Source of the DNA: Okamejei kenojei
Taxonomy: Eukaryota
DNA length: 64,000 bases
Direction of reading: 5' to 3'
NCBI GenBank assembly: GCA_035221665.1
Contig: CM069162.1
Coordinates: forward strand, 17,918,001-17,982,000
In this document: one piece after another, positions 43,601 through 52,950 of the stretch
Layout: every line of letters begins with the position of its first letter
How positions within the stretch are numbered: the stretch's first letter is position 1
Notes under the pieces: model-generated
What the model was told of the DNA's origin: nothing
The model's database searches: none
Seen by the model: the letters and a program-made list of their open reading frames with translations, nothing else
Program-made: the position numbers and the translations under genes

Positions 43601-45011
43601 GGTTTAAGGTGAGAGGTGGCAGTTTAAAGGATATTTATAAGGCAAGTGTTTCTTTTCCGCAGAGAGTGGTAGGCACCTGGAATGTGCTGCCGGGGAAGGT
43701 GGTAGAAACCGATATGATAACAATGTTTAAAAGGCATTTAGACAGACACGTGGAAATAGAGGCATGTGGACTACGTGCATACAGATCGGGTGGATTAGAT
43801 TGGCGCCACGGTCGGAACAGACATAAAGTGCCTGCCTGTATTGTTCTATGTTCTAAATTTCAATCATTTATTTTATTCATATTAATTTCACAGTGCTTCT
43901 GGACGTCACAGACATTGCCCCAGGGAGAATTGAGAAACAGAGGAAACTTTGCATACAAGTCCAAGGATCCTCAAAGGTGGCTTCACAAGTATATTGGATG
44001 GTGAAAAGAAAGCATGTGGGATACTCGCCTACATTAGCCAGGATAGAGAATAAAAGCAGAGAAGTTATGGTAAAACTTTATAAAACATTTGGAATACTAA
44101 GTGCAGTTCTGGTCCCGTAAGAATGATTACACTCGAAAGGACGCAGAGTGGATTCACCAGGGTGTTGTCTGGGATAGGCTCAGTTAAGAGGAGAGACTAT
44201 GCAATTTAATGACCTTGACAGCTTTGAAAGTTTGCAAGACTGGGAAAGAGCTTTACCGGTTGTCAAATTTCCAGTGAGGTATCAAGGTCAGGCCACTGAT
44301 TTGGGCCTTGCCACCCTATCACAGGACTTTTGTGACCATTTTGATCTTCCAGAACTGGAGTAATTGACCCACGGAAATAGGGACCTATTTGGTGAGGGCA
44401 GGCCAGCAAAATCTAGTAAATTAACAAGCACCAAATATTTGGGATAGACTGCAAATTCAGACCAAATTGCAACTACTGCCTCGCAGCTGCAGCGACTTGA
44501 GTTTAACCTAATCTTGGGTGCTGCTCACGTGGAACCTGCATGTTTCCCTGTTACTGTGTACGTTTCCACCATGCTTTTCCAGTTTGCTGGCACATGTCAA
44601 GATTTGCAGGTTGGTAGATGAAGTATAGTGCCACTAGTGAGATGGTGAGTAGAAATATCTGGGGTTGGGGTGGAGAGGGAAGGGGGTGATATTGATTGAG
44701 ATATATACAGGTAAAATAAAATGGGAGTAATGATGAATTTTGGCTGGGGGTGACGTAGACTCAGTGTTGTGTTCCTAATCAGCATGCTCAGTGAACAAAT
44801 GAAGTAAAACAAACCGAGTTTTTAAAAATATTGCACATTTTCGTAAACCTGCAGATAACTTTGAACAATCCTTGTGACTAATTGAGTGTACCTCACGAAG
44901 TTCAGTCGTAACATAGTGCTGCAGGTCCTTGGCAGATTTAGCCCTGGTCTCCTCACTGCGGCTCTTCAGCCCACTGATAAATTGCTGCAGGACGGACCCG
45001 CTTCCAGACAT
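1521..45011 (-). CDS. MTOR: MTOR serine/threonine kinase, 5' part (19 coding exons, 1022 codons, HEAT-repeat region); continues beyond the left edge
   Basis: Exon translations match remembered vertebrate mTOR ([48 protein letters not shown]). Exons have AG/GT boundaries (one GC donor) and phases join into one open frame of 3066 nt. Confidence 0.98.
1850..2420 (-). mobile_element. Decayed CR1 ORF2 fragment next to the exon 19 donor
   Basis: Minus strand reads [16 protein letters not shown] and later NEYF, as in CR1 ORF2. Confidence 0.6.
2448..2698 (-). CDS. MTOR: MTOR exon 19 ([12 protein letters not shown]...CDANIRE)
   Basis: Within ORF 2316..2717; gcag| acceptor, GAG|gtaggt donor; 251 nt. 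Confidence 0.96.
4150..5210 (+). mobile_element. Decayed CR1 ORF2 and 3' fragments
   Basis: [16 protein letters not shown] and YFADGT remnants in ORFs 4550..4807 and 4749..5159. Confidence 0.8.
5665..5718 (+). ncRNA. Predicted minimal HDV-like self-cleaving ribozyme
   Basis: P1 GGGGUGG/CUGCCCU, P2 GAUGGCA/UGCAAUC (one mismatch), P3 ACC/GGU, L3 UUCACGU, candidate catalytic C5708 followed by AAA; folded by eye. Confidence 0.65.
5665..5802 (+). mobile_element. Short non-autonomous retroposon, HDV-like ribozyme head and (AAG)n tail, copy 1
   Basis: 11 bp TSD attcatacctg (5654-5664 and 5803-5813); similar to 15609-15728. Confidence 0.85.
5811..5940 (-). CDS. MTOR: MTOR exon 18 ([17 protein letters not shown]...SNQDS)
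   Basis: Manual translation; cgtag| acceptor, CAG|gtatga donor; 130 nt. Confidence 0.96.
6165..6605 (+). mobile_element. CR1 LINE 3' end, relatively young
   Basis: [23 protein letters not shown]...[11 protein letters not shown]; (TTCTATGT)n-type tail. Confidence 0.88.
10059..10450 (+). mobile_element. Same SINE family, interrupted by a foreign insert (about 10094-10236)
   Basis: SINE head and body flank unrelated sequence. Confidence 0.72.
11347..11560. mobile_element. Penelope-like fold-back element with hammerhead-like core; representative of about 20 copies (e.g. 13650, 16180, 26210, 29425, 43050, 46540, 47625, 57595, 62910)
   Basis: Inverted arms gacacaaaatgctg..agtaactcagc and gctgagttactccagcattttgtgtc around CTGAAGAAGGGTCTCGACCCGAAA. 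Confidence 0.7.
11583..11717 (-). CDS. MTOR: MTOR exon 17 ([12 protein letters not shown]...QGIRRE)
   Basis: Within ORF 11535..11717; acag| acceptor, GAG|gtaaag donor; 135 nt. Confidence 0.95.
13383..13475 (-). CDS. MTOR: MTOR exon 16 ([14 protein letters not shown]...LAKRQ)
   Basis: Manual translation; gcag| acceptor, CAG|gtaaac donor; 93 nt. Confidence 0.95.
14403..14650 (+). mobile_element. Same SINE family, 3' truncated
   Basis: Similar to 21671-21983. Confidence 0.78.
15609..15728 (+). mobile_element. Same HDV-headed (AAG)n retroposon, copy 2, internally deleted, inserted in a SINE/CR1 tail
   Basis: Same 5' start GGGGTGGAAGAT; TSD agatgcagc/agatacagc (15600-15608 and 15729-15737). Confidence 0.82.
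17115..19290 (-). mobile_element. Cluster of nested CR1 fragments
   Basis: CR1 3' tails at about 17120 and 17450; minus-strand [14 protein letters not shown] remnant. Confidence 0.8.
19426..19509 (-). CDS. MTOR: MTOR exon 15 ([28 protein letters not shown])
   Basis: 3' part of ORF 19411..19695; tcag| acceptor, CAG|gtaaag donor; 84 nt. Confidence 0.94.
19652..19774 (-). CDS. MTOR: MTOR exon 14 (ILTELEHSG...MEPILK)
   Basis: Within ORF 19607..19801; acag| acceptor, AAG|gtacgc donor; 123 nt. Confidence 0.95.
21671..21983 (+). mobile_element. tRNA-derived SINE (HE1/V-SINE-like), near full length
   Basis: A box TGGCGCAGCG, B box GGATCGATCC, central domain, CR1-like tail ending (CTAAA)n. Confidence 0.8.
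23225..23935 (+). mobile_element. Rex1/Babar-like LINE 3' fragment (decayed RT C-terminus)
   Basis: ORFs 23365..23721 ([25 protein letters not shown]) and 23687..23902 ([18 protein letters not shown]). Confidence 0.8.
23940..23966 (+). repeat. (GT)n/(GCGT)n microsatellite
   Basis: Read directly. Confidence 0.9.
26535..26740 (-). CDS. MTOR: MTOR exon 13 ([16 protein letters not shown]...KMLIQ)
   Basis: Within ORF 26466..26786; tcag| acceptor, CAG|gtagaa donor; 206 nt. Confidence 0.96.
27475..27690 (-). CDS. MTOR: MTOR exon 12 ([11 protein letters not shown]...GITDP)
   Basis: Within ORF 27386..27733; gcag| acceptor, |gtaatt donor; 216 nt. Confidence 0.96.
27753..27945. repeat. Inverted repeat, 82 bp arms with 1 mismatch, 29 nt spacer
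   Basis: 27753-27834 is the reverse complement of 27864-27945. Confidence 0.92.
28881..29125 (-). CDS. MTOR: MTOR exon 11 ([15 protein letters not shown]...GNFEFE)
   Basis: Overlaps ORF 28849..29118; aaag| acceptor, G|gtaagg donor; 245 nt. Confidence 0.95.
29984..30112 (-). CDS. MTOR: MTOR exon 10 ([15 protein letters not shown]...LAVGLS)
   Basis: Manual translation; cctag| acceptor, AG|gtactg donor; 129 nt. Confidence 0.94.
30875..31058 (-). CDS. MTOR: MTOR exon 9 ([10 protein letters not shown]...KKEKER...PPKDFAHK)
   Basis: Manual translation; gcag| acceptor, AA|gtaata donor; 184 nt; phases consistent. Confidence 0.93.
31620..32430 (-). mobile_element. CR1 3' fragment
   Basis: Reverse of the CR1 C-terminal and 3'UTR sequence seen at 6165-6605. 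Confidence 0.75.
32758..32866 (-). CDS. MTOR: MTOR exon 8 ([13 protein letters not shown]...HLFT)
   Basis: Within ORF 32639..32881; gcag| acceptor, |gtgagc donor; 109 nt. Confidence 0.94.
35429..36080 (+). mobile_element. Non-autonomous Helitron-like insertion
   Basis: Starts TC, ends CTAG, sits between host A and T with no TSD, and splits a repeat tail (aagacaca|taactacataag); subterminal hairpin not clearly preserved. Confidence 0.6.
36704..36979 (-). CDS. MTOR: MTOR exon 7 (RLREEMEDI...EVRFEQ)
   Basis: Overlaps ORF 36656..36976; aaag| acceptor, CAG|gtaaat donor; 276 nt. Confidence 0.95.
37863..37997 (-). CDS. MTOR: MTOR exon 6 ([12 protein letters not shown]...ISSMEGE)
   Basis: Manual translation; ctag| acceptor, GAG|gtatgt donor; 135 nt. 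Confidence 0.95.
38508..38708 (-). CDS. MTOR: MTOR exon 5 (VLILRELAV...QKPQWYK), GC donor
   Basis: Overlaps ORF 38460..38699; ctag| acceptor, AAG|gcaagt donor; 201 nt. Confidence 0.94.
41258..41490 (-). CDS. MTOR: MTOR exon 4 (VSLIGVEGG...NEGKRHAA)
   Basis: Within ORF 41129..41518; gcag| acceptor, |gtaatt donor; 233 nt. Confidence 0.96.
42361..42469 (-). CDS. MTOR: MTOR exon 3 ([36 protein letters not shown])
   Basis: Manual translation; tttag| acceptor, G|gtacgt donor; 109 nt. Confidence 0.95.
43500..44200 (+). mobile_element. CR1 fragments
   Basis: [11 protein letters not shown]...[11 protein letters not shown]...MFKRHLDRH in ORF 43573..44004. Confidence 0.78.
44892..45011 (-). CDS. MTOR: MTOR exon 2, first coding exon ([11 protein letters not shown]...TELRE)
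   Basis: gccATG at 45011; donor GAG|gtacac; 120 nt coding; acceptor candidates put the exon start at 45036 or 45019. Confidence 0.95.
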
Positions 45012-45344
45012 GGCGTAATCTAAAGAGTTGCAGATTCTGCAGAAGGAAACAAATCAAGATTAGAGTGCGCGTCAACATTTTCTCAATAACAACACAAGAT
45101 TATTCTATTTATATTGAAATCGGTATAGTTGAAAAGAACATTTCGGATTGGACATTACATTTTATTTTGATTTATACTCTTGAAGGTACTGTATGTGCAT
45201 GGTCACCAAATGCACAAAATGTTCTATCTAAAATCAACAGAAAAAAAAATCTGAAAATATACGAAACTTGAACATATTTTATGTCTGCATATTGTTGCAC
45301 CATTATGCAATACTACGAAAAAAATGGTGCAACAATATTCAGAA

Positions 45345-45638
45345 CATAAGATAAACAGCGTGGAAACAGGCCCTTCGGCTCACGAAATCCGCGCTGACCA
45401 GTGGTCCCCGCACACAAGCACTACCCTACACACCCGGGACAATTGCCAATCTTTACCAAAGTCAATTAACCCACAAACCTGCACATCTTTGGAATGTGGG
45501 AGGAAACCGGAGGACCCAGGGAAAAACCACGGGGTCACAAGAACGTAAAAAACTCTGCACAGACAGCACCCGTAGCCAGGATCAAATCTGGGTCTGTGGC
45601 ACTATAAGGTACCAACTCTACCACTGCGTCACTATGCC
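45345..45638 (-). mobile_element. Same SINE family
   Basis: Reverse-complement similarity to 21671-21983. Confidence 0.78.
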
Positions 45639-47622
45639 GGCCATTCTTCCTCAATCTTTGGCTACACGGCCAACTTGCATTACCCCAGTAAGAACGGAGC
45701 AATAAGAATAGAACAGAACTTCCAAGCAGCTTTGAGCGATGTGCACCTTGTCGCTCACCTACTCGAAACAAATTAGCTTATTTTGAGTGGCTATTCAATC
45801 GCTAGCCTTCTTGCAGAAACCATCCTGGCATAAATCTAATCATGTTACAGGACCACAAGCTCCACCCACATCGATGGTCAAAGAAACTTGACATAATTTA
45901 GTTCACCTGCACATAGTTTAGAACATAGTTCACCTGCTTAGCCATCTGTCAAAATACGATTCCAACTCTCTCTGATATACAGCCACAGACAACTATGAAT
46001 TTAAAAAATAATTAAAAGTAAAAGTTAAATACAAATATTTCAGTGAACAGTGATTTTAAAATGATGCAAAATATCTTTCTAATCCATGTTCTTTGCAACT
46101 GCTTCTTCTGTTGAAAAAAACAGAGATGCTGTTCCTTCACCGAGGTTAACCCAACCCAGGTTACAGGTTCAGTAAATACTTCCCGATTAGTACAATATTG
46201 TTGAATGCTCATCAGGAAGTCCTGAACTCCTTGATACTTACCAGGCAAATGCTGATGGTTCCATGTGGAATTGCTGTCATTTCACAGGAAAATTCAGGCC
46301 ATTAACATAATAGCATCACCAGTGAAATGTACCATTTCTGAGGACGTAATGACCAAGGTTACAATACGCACACAATCACTTAGGATGACAAAATGTAAAA
46401 GATCTTTCTATTTCTCAATTATACATTTTCCATTCCCTCTGATATAAATGTGTTCTTACTTTTCACCAGGACTCTGCGTAGTCAATAAACTATTTTCCAG
46501 AAACTAATCCTGCAATTTGGTTGGATACAAGAGCCTACGGATGCTGAAATCTTGATCAAAAATCTAAGTGCTGGATGAACTCAGCCGGTCAAGCAGCGTC
46601 TGTGGGGAAATGGACAGATGATGTTTCTGGTTGGGTCCTTCCTTCAGACTGAGAAATCTAAGGGTCTTGACATAAATTATCGCCACTCCATTCCCTGCAC
46701 AGAAGCTGCCTGACCGCTGAGCTCATCCACCATTTTGTTTGTTGCCCCAATCTTGTTGTGAGCAGGACCTGATCTCCTTTCCTGACTGACCCTTCAACAG
46801 TGCCGTTGGTCAATGGAAAAGGGAAATCAAACTTCCATGACTGTGGTGCAATGCATTAATCTGTTAACATATTCCTGTTACTTCATATTTTAAATTATTT
46901 CAAATATCTTCCATTCCAATAGCACAAGGTTACTTCTGCATTCTTTTATAAGCTTCTAAAGTCAGAAATATTCTCACAGTTATTTGTTACAGGATTAACA
47001 GGATAGCACATATTTTTTTCTTTCTCTGACTAAAAGCTTGTGAACATACAATTAGAGGCTGAACCCTTTATGATAATCATATAATACCAACTCTTGATAT
47101 TGAAAACACATTCAACAGCTAACATGTTTCTCCTAGGACATTTTTCCTTTTCGAAGAATACCTGTTGAGGCAGTCTTCACTTCAGCTGGACCGGGAACAG
47201 TTTTAATGAATTGAATAATTAGAGTTATTGATAAAGCTTTTCCGGTAAGGGGCAATTTAGAAAGTTAATGAGATAGAACAAGTCAATAATGTAGGATATC
47301 AAAATGGGTAATGATAACCAAAGTGTGGGACGAATGAGCAGAGCAATCAACATAAGAGTCTTATTGGAGTCACAACAATTTGTTAGATGGCAAAATTAAT
47401 GGTCTTTTATCAGCATACATGCAGCATTCAAAACGCAACAAGTTAATGAAATGAACAGAAATACATGGATACAATATATGATCGCTATTAAAAAGATGTG
47501 ATTCCAAAATAATCAAGACTGGGAATTCTAGGATGGTTAACTTTCTGCTTTATGCCAATTTACAAATAGTTCATGTAATAATCCAAAAATTATTATCTAT
47601 CAGCAAATAATCGTTCATCAGA

Positions 47623-47850
47623 AGACATACACAAAATGCCGGAGTAACTCAGCGGGACAAGCAGCATCTCTTTATAGAAGAAATGGGTGATGTTTCGGGT
47701 AGAGCCTTCTTCACACTGAGAGTCACAGTCTGAAGAAGGATCTCGACCTGAAACGTCACACATTCCTTCTATCCAGAGATGCTGCTTGTCCCGCTGAGTT
47801 CCTCCAGCATTTCATGTATCTCCGGTGTAAACCAGCATCTGCAGAACCTC
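47623..47850. mobile_element. Penelope-like fold-back element with two divergent hammerhead-like cores
   Basis: Long imperfect inverted repeat; cores at about 47688-47714 (minus, mutated) and 47730-47757 (plus). Confidence 0.7.
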
Positions 47851-48464
47851 CTTCTTCGTCCTATCCATGTCACTGGTTCCCACAGACACCACAACAATTG
47901 GGTATTTATTTGACCACTTCAATTTCCTATCCAGCACCAACATGTTCTTTATCGTGTCACAGGACAGGTAGTTCAGCTTTCAGCTCATTGCTGTACATCA
48001 CAGCATCTACCCGCCCCCCCCTAACAGTATCTATCTGATCATTACTTCATCCGTCTGAAGGGTCTCGACCCGAAATGTCACCTATTCCGATGCTGCCTCA
48101 CCCGCTGAGATTCTCCAACATTTTTGTCTACCTTCCATTACTTCATCCCTTTTCACTTTCCACATTTGAATGGTGCTCATTTCCACAGTGCAAACTGCTG
48201 CCACAGGCTGAAAGAATTTCATGTACCTAAGAGAAGTGCAAAAGGCTCTACCAATGCCATCTTCAATACCCCATGCCGATCTCATCTGTAGTCACTCTCT
48301 CCTCTGCTCTTGACTGGATATGACTGCAGTACTTTAAGCTATCAGTTTGACTATCAACCGGTGCGTCCAGGTACATTTCATGAACTGTAATGCATTGTAG
48401 TGTCTGAGTGTGTGTCCAGCTTGTGGCAAATTTTACACATACAGCAGCTTCACTTCAGTAGACG

Positions 48465-48718
48465 TTAGAAGTACAGCGCGGAAACTGGTCCGGAAACTGG
48501 TCCTTCGGCCCAACGAGTCCACGCCGACAAGCGATCACCCCATACACTAGCACTATCCTACACACGAGGGACAATTTACACTTTTACCACAGCCAATTAA
48601 CCTATAAACCTGTACGTCTTTGGAGTGTGTTAGGAAAGTGGAGCACCTGGAGAAAACCCACACGGTCACAGGGAGAACATACAAACTGCATAGTGACAGC
48701 AACTCTACCACCATGCTG
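48465..48718 (-). mobile_element. Same SINE family, internally deleted
   Basis: Reverse-complement similarity to 21671-21983. Confidence 0.75.
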
Positions 48719-51349
48719 CTGTGATTGTTATGAGTCTTAATGGTTTCCTTCAGTTCACTTTGGACATGCTATATATCTCCTGTCCAACCTTACTTGCTTT
48801 AATCGTATTTTTGAAACTAAATTTTTATGAAACTTCAGCTCTCTATTGTTGCATGTTAATTATCATTTTGTCCATTTACTAACCTAGTTTCAAGATTTTG
48901 TTGAATACGTGCAGCAGATTATATTTTAAAACAGAGTGCTTTGAACACTCACGTTATCTCAGATTAACTCACAAATCAGAAAAGGTAAACAAACTGTTTT
49001 TTAATCCCATATTGTTTAGGTTTAAAGATGCATTTTGCCATTGTCTCATTGAAGTCTCTTCATCACCAAAGTCAATTTTCCATAGATAACAGGCACTAAA
49101 TGCTGTGCTAAAAATACAGCAGAATTCACAAATTTATATTACCAGACAGGCCAAGCTGCAAGTTGGTACACAATTTGGTTAACTACCTGGTTACGTAATC
49201 AACTGTAGGATTAACTGTATTTTTGTAATACTTTTCATTACTTACCATTGCAAATGAAAACCGCAAGACTGAGAAAATCTAACTTTCAAAATGCAAAAAG
49301 TGATAAAAACAGACTTACTACACTTGCGGGCAACATTATTAACTTCATTTAATCTCGTATAACCCTTAACCTCTTTAGTTGGCCACAGATTGATCAAATT
49401 TTAAACAAATTCCAAATTTACATTTTCGTTCAGAAAGGCCATCTCACATTTACATGCATCAGTAATCTGCTTACATATCTTTTGTTGCAGAGATACCATG
49501 GCAGCGAGGTTTTGGAGAGACACTGACTTTCAGTCACTGATGATGATGTCTCAATGACCATAAGAAATCCCCACATAGTTATTTTGAGGAATTGGTTCAG
49601 TTGTACAAGTTATAATCTTCCAATACCAACTGTTTACATTTAGACAGGCTGCGCTTTCCAGGCTTTCTGACAACAACAAATCCACCAATTTCAGATTGTT
49701 TATTTATTTCAAATGAAAACTGGCAATTTGACTTCCACCAGAATCATTTTTTCCTTCTTTTGCCCCACGACCAATGCTAATTACATGACCCTATATATTC
49801 TCCTGGTATTTACACATTGCTGTTTTTTAAAATTACCACATATATTCCATTTGTTCTCTCCTGTCTTTCCCCTTTTCTTGACACTGTACTAACTCAAAGC
49901 TTATTTCTCTAACTGCTTCAATCATCGAACTGGATGAAAACTAACTGACCTGAGACATTAATGATTTAACCACTTACCTCTCCACAGATGCTGCCTGCTC
50001 TCAACTTCACAAGCATTATCTGCTTCTATGTCACGTTAATATATCCTTGAACTACAGAGAGTTGGCACCTCGCAGTGAAACTCGTATAATTCAAAAACTG
50101 ACATTCATCCCATATCTTTACAGCACAAGTTGTTACATAAATACATACATCAACATATATTCTTACCCAAAACGTAAATGTAGATTATTCATCACTCCGG
50201 GCTCCCTATTTGCTTGCCTAATCTCACACTTTCCTATTGAAGGTTACAAACTGGCAATGGAATAAGTGTAGAATGTACTGTCAGAGGCCTGATGTCTGTC
50301 AGCTAGTTAGATGCACACTCCAACCACTGAAACATTCCAGCTATTTGAGCACAAACTTATTTTGCAGCACCTCGTCTATTAAAGATTCAACACAAACAAA
50401 GTCTTAGCAAACTACATACCATGTACAAATGACTTTACTGATACAAAGCTTAGGTGGTTAAACTTTTACTCCAAAAGAAGATAATGAGTCAATGAATACA
50501 GAGATATTTTTGGAGCATTGAGTCTCAGAGTACTGTCAAATCACATGACATAGTCAACAAATTAGTAACGCATGGTCTGTGCATGGTGATCTGCCAGTGC
50601 AGTCAGCATTCGGCAAACACGGTTTAGTCAAAAATCACAATCAAAGCCTATATGTTATGTGTGGCTGCTTATATGTTGTATATATAGCTCAATGGCTATG
50701 TATCTCCCAACTAATTCAAAGTTTATATCCAACGACTTGTCATGCAAGGCAAAGCAGACAGCAGTTGGCAAACAGACCGCAAAATGCTGTATTCCCCCAA
50801 CCCAACCAAATAGTGGTAAATGAGTTTGATAATCAGATGTTTAAAACAATTGAAATCAATTAAAAAAAAATATTCATATCGCTTTGCAACTGGTTCTACA
50901 GCTCAGGTTTTGTTACACGATTGAGGAGAGGAAGGAGGAGACTACAAGTGGGTGAATTTGATCTCTGGCTCATTGTGGCCTTCTGCACCATAATCCTCAG
51001 GTTAAAACGCAAAGATGTACAGGTTTGTAGCCTAATGGGCTTGGTATAATTGTAAATTGTCCCTAGTGTGTGTAGGATAGCGTTAGTGTGCGCGGGTCGC
51101 TGGTCGACGCGGAGTTGCTGGGCCGAATGGCCTGTTTCCGTGCTGTGTCTATAAACTAAACCAAAACCCATTTAGCAGAGACAGCAGGAGAGGCAGAAGG
51201 CCCTGGAGGGGGTGGCAGGGGACCCAGCCCTGAGAAAGGGAATAGAACAAGTTGGACTGCCTAGAAGAGGGGGTGCCAGAATGGGTTGAACAAAAAGTGG
51301 AGCAGGGGGAATTCCTTGGGGAAGGGGGAATAAAAAGGGTACTTTCCAG

Positions 51350-51840
51350 TTTTTTTATTGGAATATTGGTATGCAAACAATACAGGTCACACCACTACAT
51401 GAAGGACGTGGAAGCTTTGGAGACTGTGCAGAAGAGGTTTACCAGAATGCTGTCTAGATTAAAGGAGATTAATGTCAGAGCCTGAGAGGAGTAGATTACA
51501 TTATGAGGGGAATAGATAGTAAACACTCATATCCATTTCCCTCGGGTGGAAATGTCAAAGATTAGAGGTCATAGCTTTAAGGTGAAAGGGGCAAAGTTTA
51601 AGGAATATATGCGGCACAATTTGTTTTGTTTTTTTACAGAGGCTGGTGGGTGCCTGGAATCTGCTACCGGGGATGGCAGTGGAGGCAGATTCAGTAGTAG
51701 TGTTTAAGAGGCTTTTAGATGGGTACATGGATGTGCAGGGAATGGAGGGGTATTTTCATGTGCAGGCAGTTGAGATTAGTTTAGCTTGGCATCATGTTTG
51801 GTGTAGATATTGTGAAGTACTTTTCTACGGTCTATGTTTA
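51350..51840 (+). mobile_element. CR1 3' fragment
   Basis: KDVEALETVQKRFTRML and GAWNLLP...FKRLLD remnants. Confidence 0.78.
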
Positions 51841-51896
51841 AGACTGTTTAATCAGTGTTCTTGTCATGATTTTATACATTTCTATTAGATCAAATA

Positions 51897-52370
51897 CAGA
51901 AAACCCTCGTTATAACCCGACCATGGGGAGTAGGACAGTGACATAGCGTCCCCTATTGCCAATCGTCCGAGTAAGGGATTCACTCCAAATACCTAACGGT
52001 CACTCCATGAAACAATGAGTTGTTTTCAAAATTAAAGTTATTTTTAACAATGAAAAATGTATTTTGTTACTGCAAGCTAAAAATACTTAAGGCTGTTTGT
52101 TACATTGTTTGGTGGAGTTAAGTGTCAATTAGAGAGATTTCTTGTTAATTTCAATGCCCTGTCAATTTCAATGACATCAATTTCAATGGCCTCCAGTGTA
52201 ACTAGCAGCCTGAAGAAGGGTCTCGACCAGAAATGTCACCCATTCCTTCTCTCCAGATATGCTGCCTGTCCCGCTGAGTTACTGCGGCATTTTGTGTCTA
52301 TCTTCTTAAAAGACAGTCCGCTATAACCAAACTCCTTTATAAAGAGGTCCGTAATAAAAAGGGTTTACTG
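51897..52370. mobile_element. Tc1/pogo (Tigger-like) MITE with a nested Penelope-like fragment (52208-52305)
   Basis: Degenerate TIRs cagaaaaccctcgttataacccgacc and ggtccgtaataaaaagggtttactg, flanked by TA on both sides. Confidence 0.6.
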
Positions 52371-52819
52371 TACTATGTATTTCCAGCACTTTCTATGTTG
52401 ATACTGTATAAGCACCTCGTCTTTGACAGGAGAACCACATATCTATAAAGTAGCATACTTTCAGTACTGCACATCTGTCTGGATAACTTTTTTGAACCCA
52501 CATCTTTCTAATTCAGCTGCGTCCTGATTGTAGACTGTAATACACTTTATATGCTAGAATGCATCTCTTAGCCAATGAGTTCAAAATACATACACCAGGC
52601 CGAAATATGAATCCCCAATTAGATTTAACTGTGCAAGATAATGATAATTAAAATATTTAATTAACCTAATCATCGTATCATTAACAGATAGGTAATCTGC
52701 ATTTTGCATGGTCAAGAATCAAAAGTGGTTTATTGTCATATGCGCCGAAAGGGAACAATTAAATTCTCACTTGCAGCAGCACAATAGATATGTAAACATC
52801 GTGCTCTATTAATACTTAC

Positions 52820-52950
52820 TCTCCTGCAATTTTATAACAAACAGATCATGAAATCTTCACTTCAAAACATTGATTTGCAGCACGACTTCCCCAGGGCCGC
52901 CATGTTGAGAGCAAGGGCAACGATGCGCCGGCGCTGTCTGCCCACCCGCC
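52820..52950 (-). other. MTOR: Candidate non-coding first exon of MTOR (5' end approximate)
   Basis: Left edge of the CpG island with a strong donor GAGA|gtaagt at 52820/52819 pointing toward exon 2; no transcript evidence. Confidence 0.45.
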
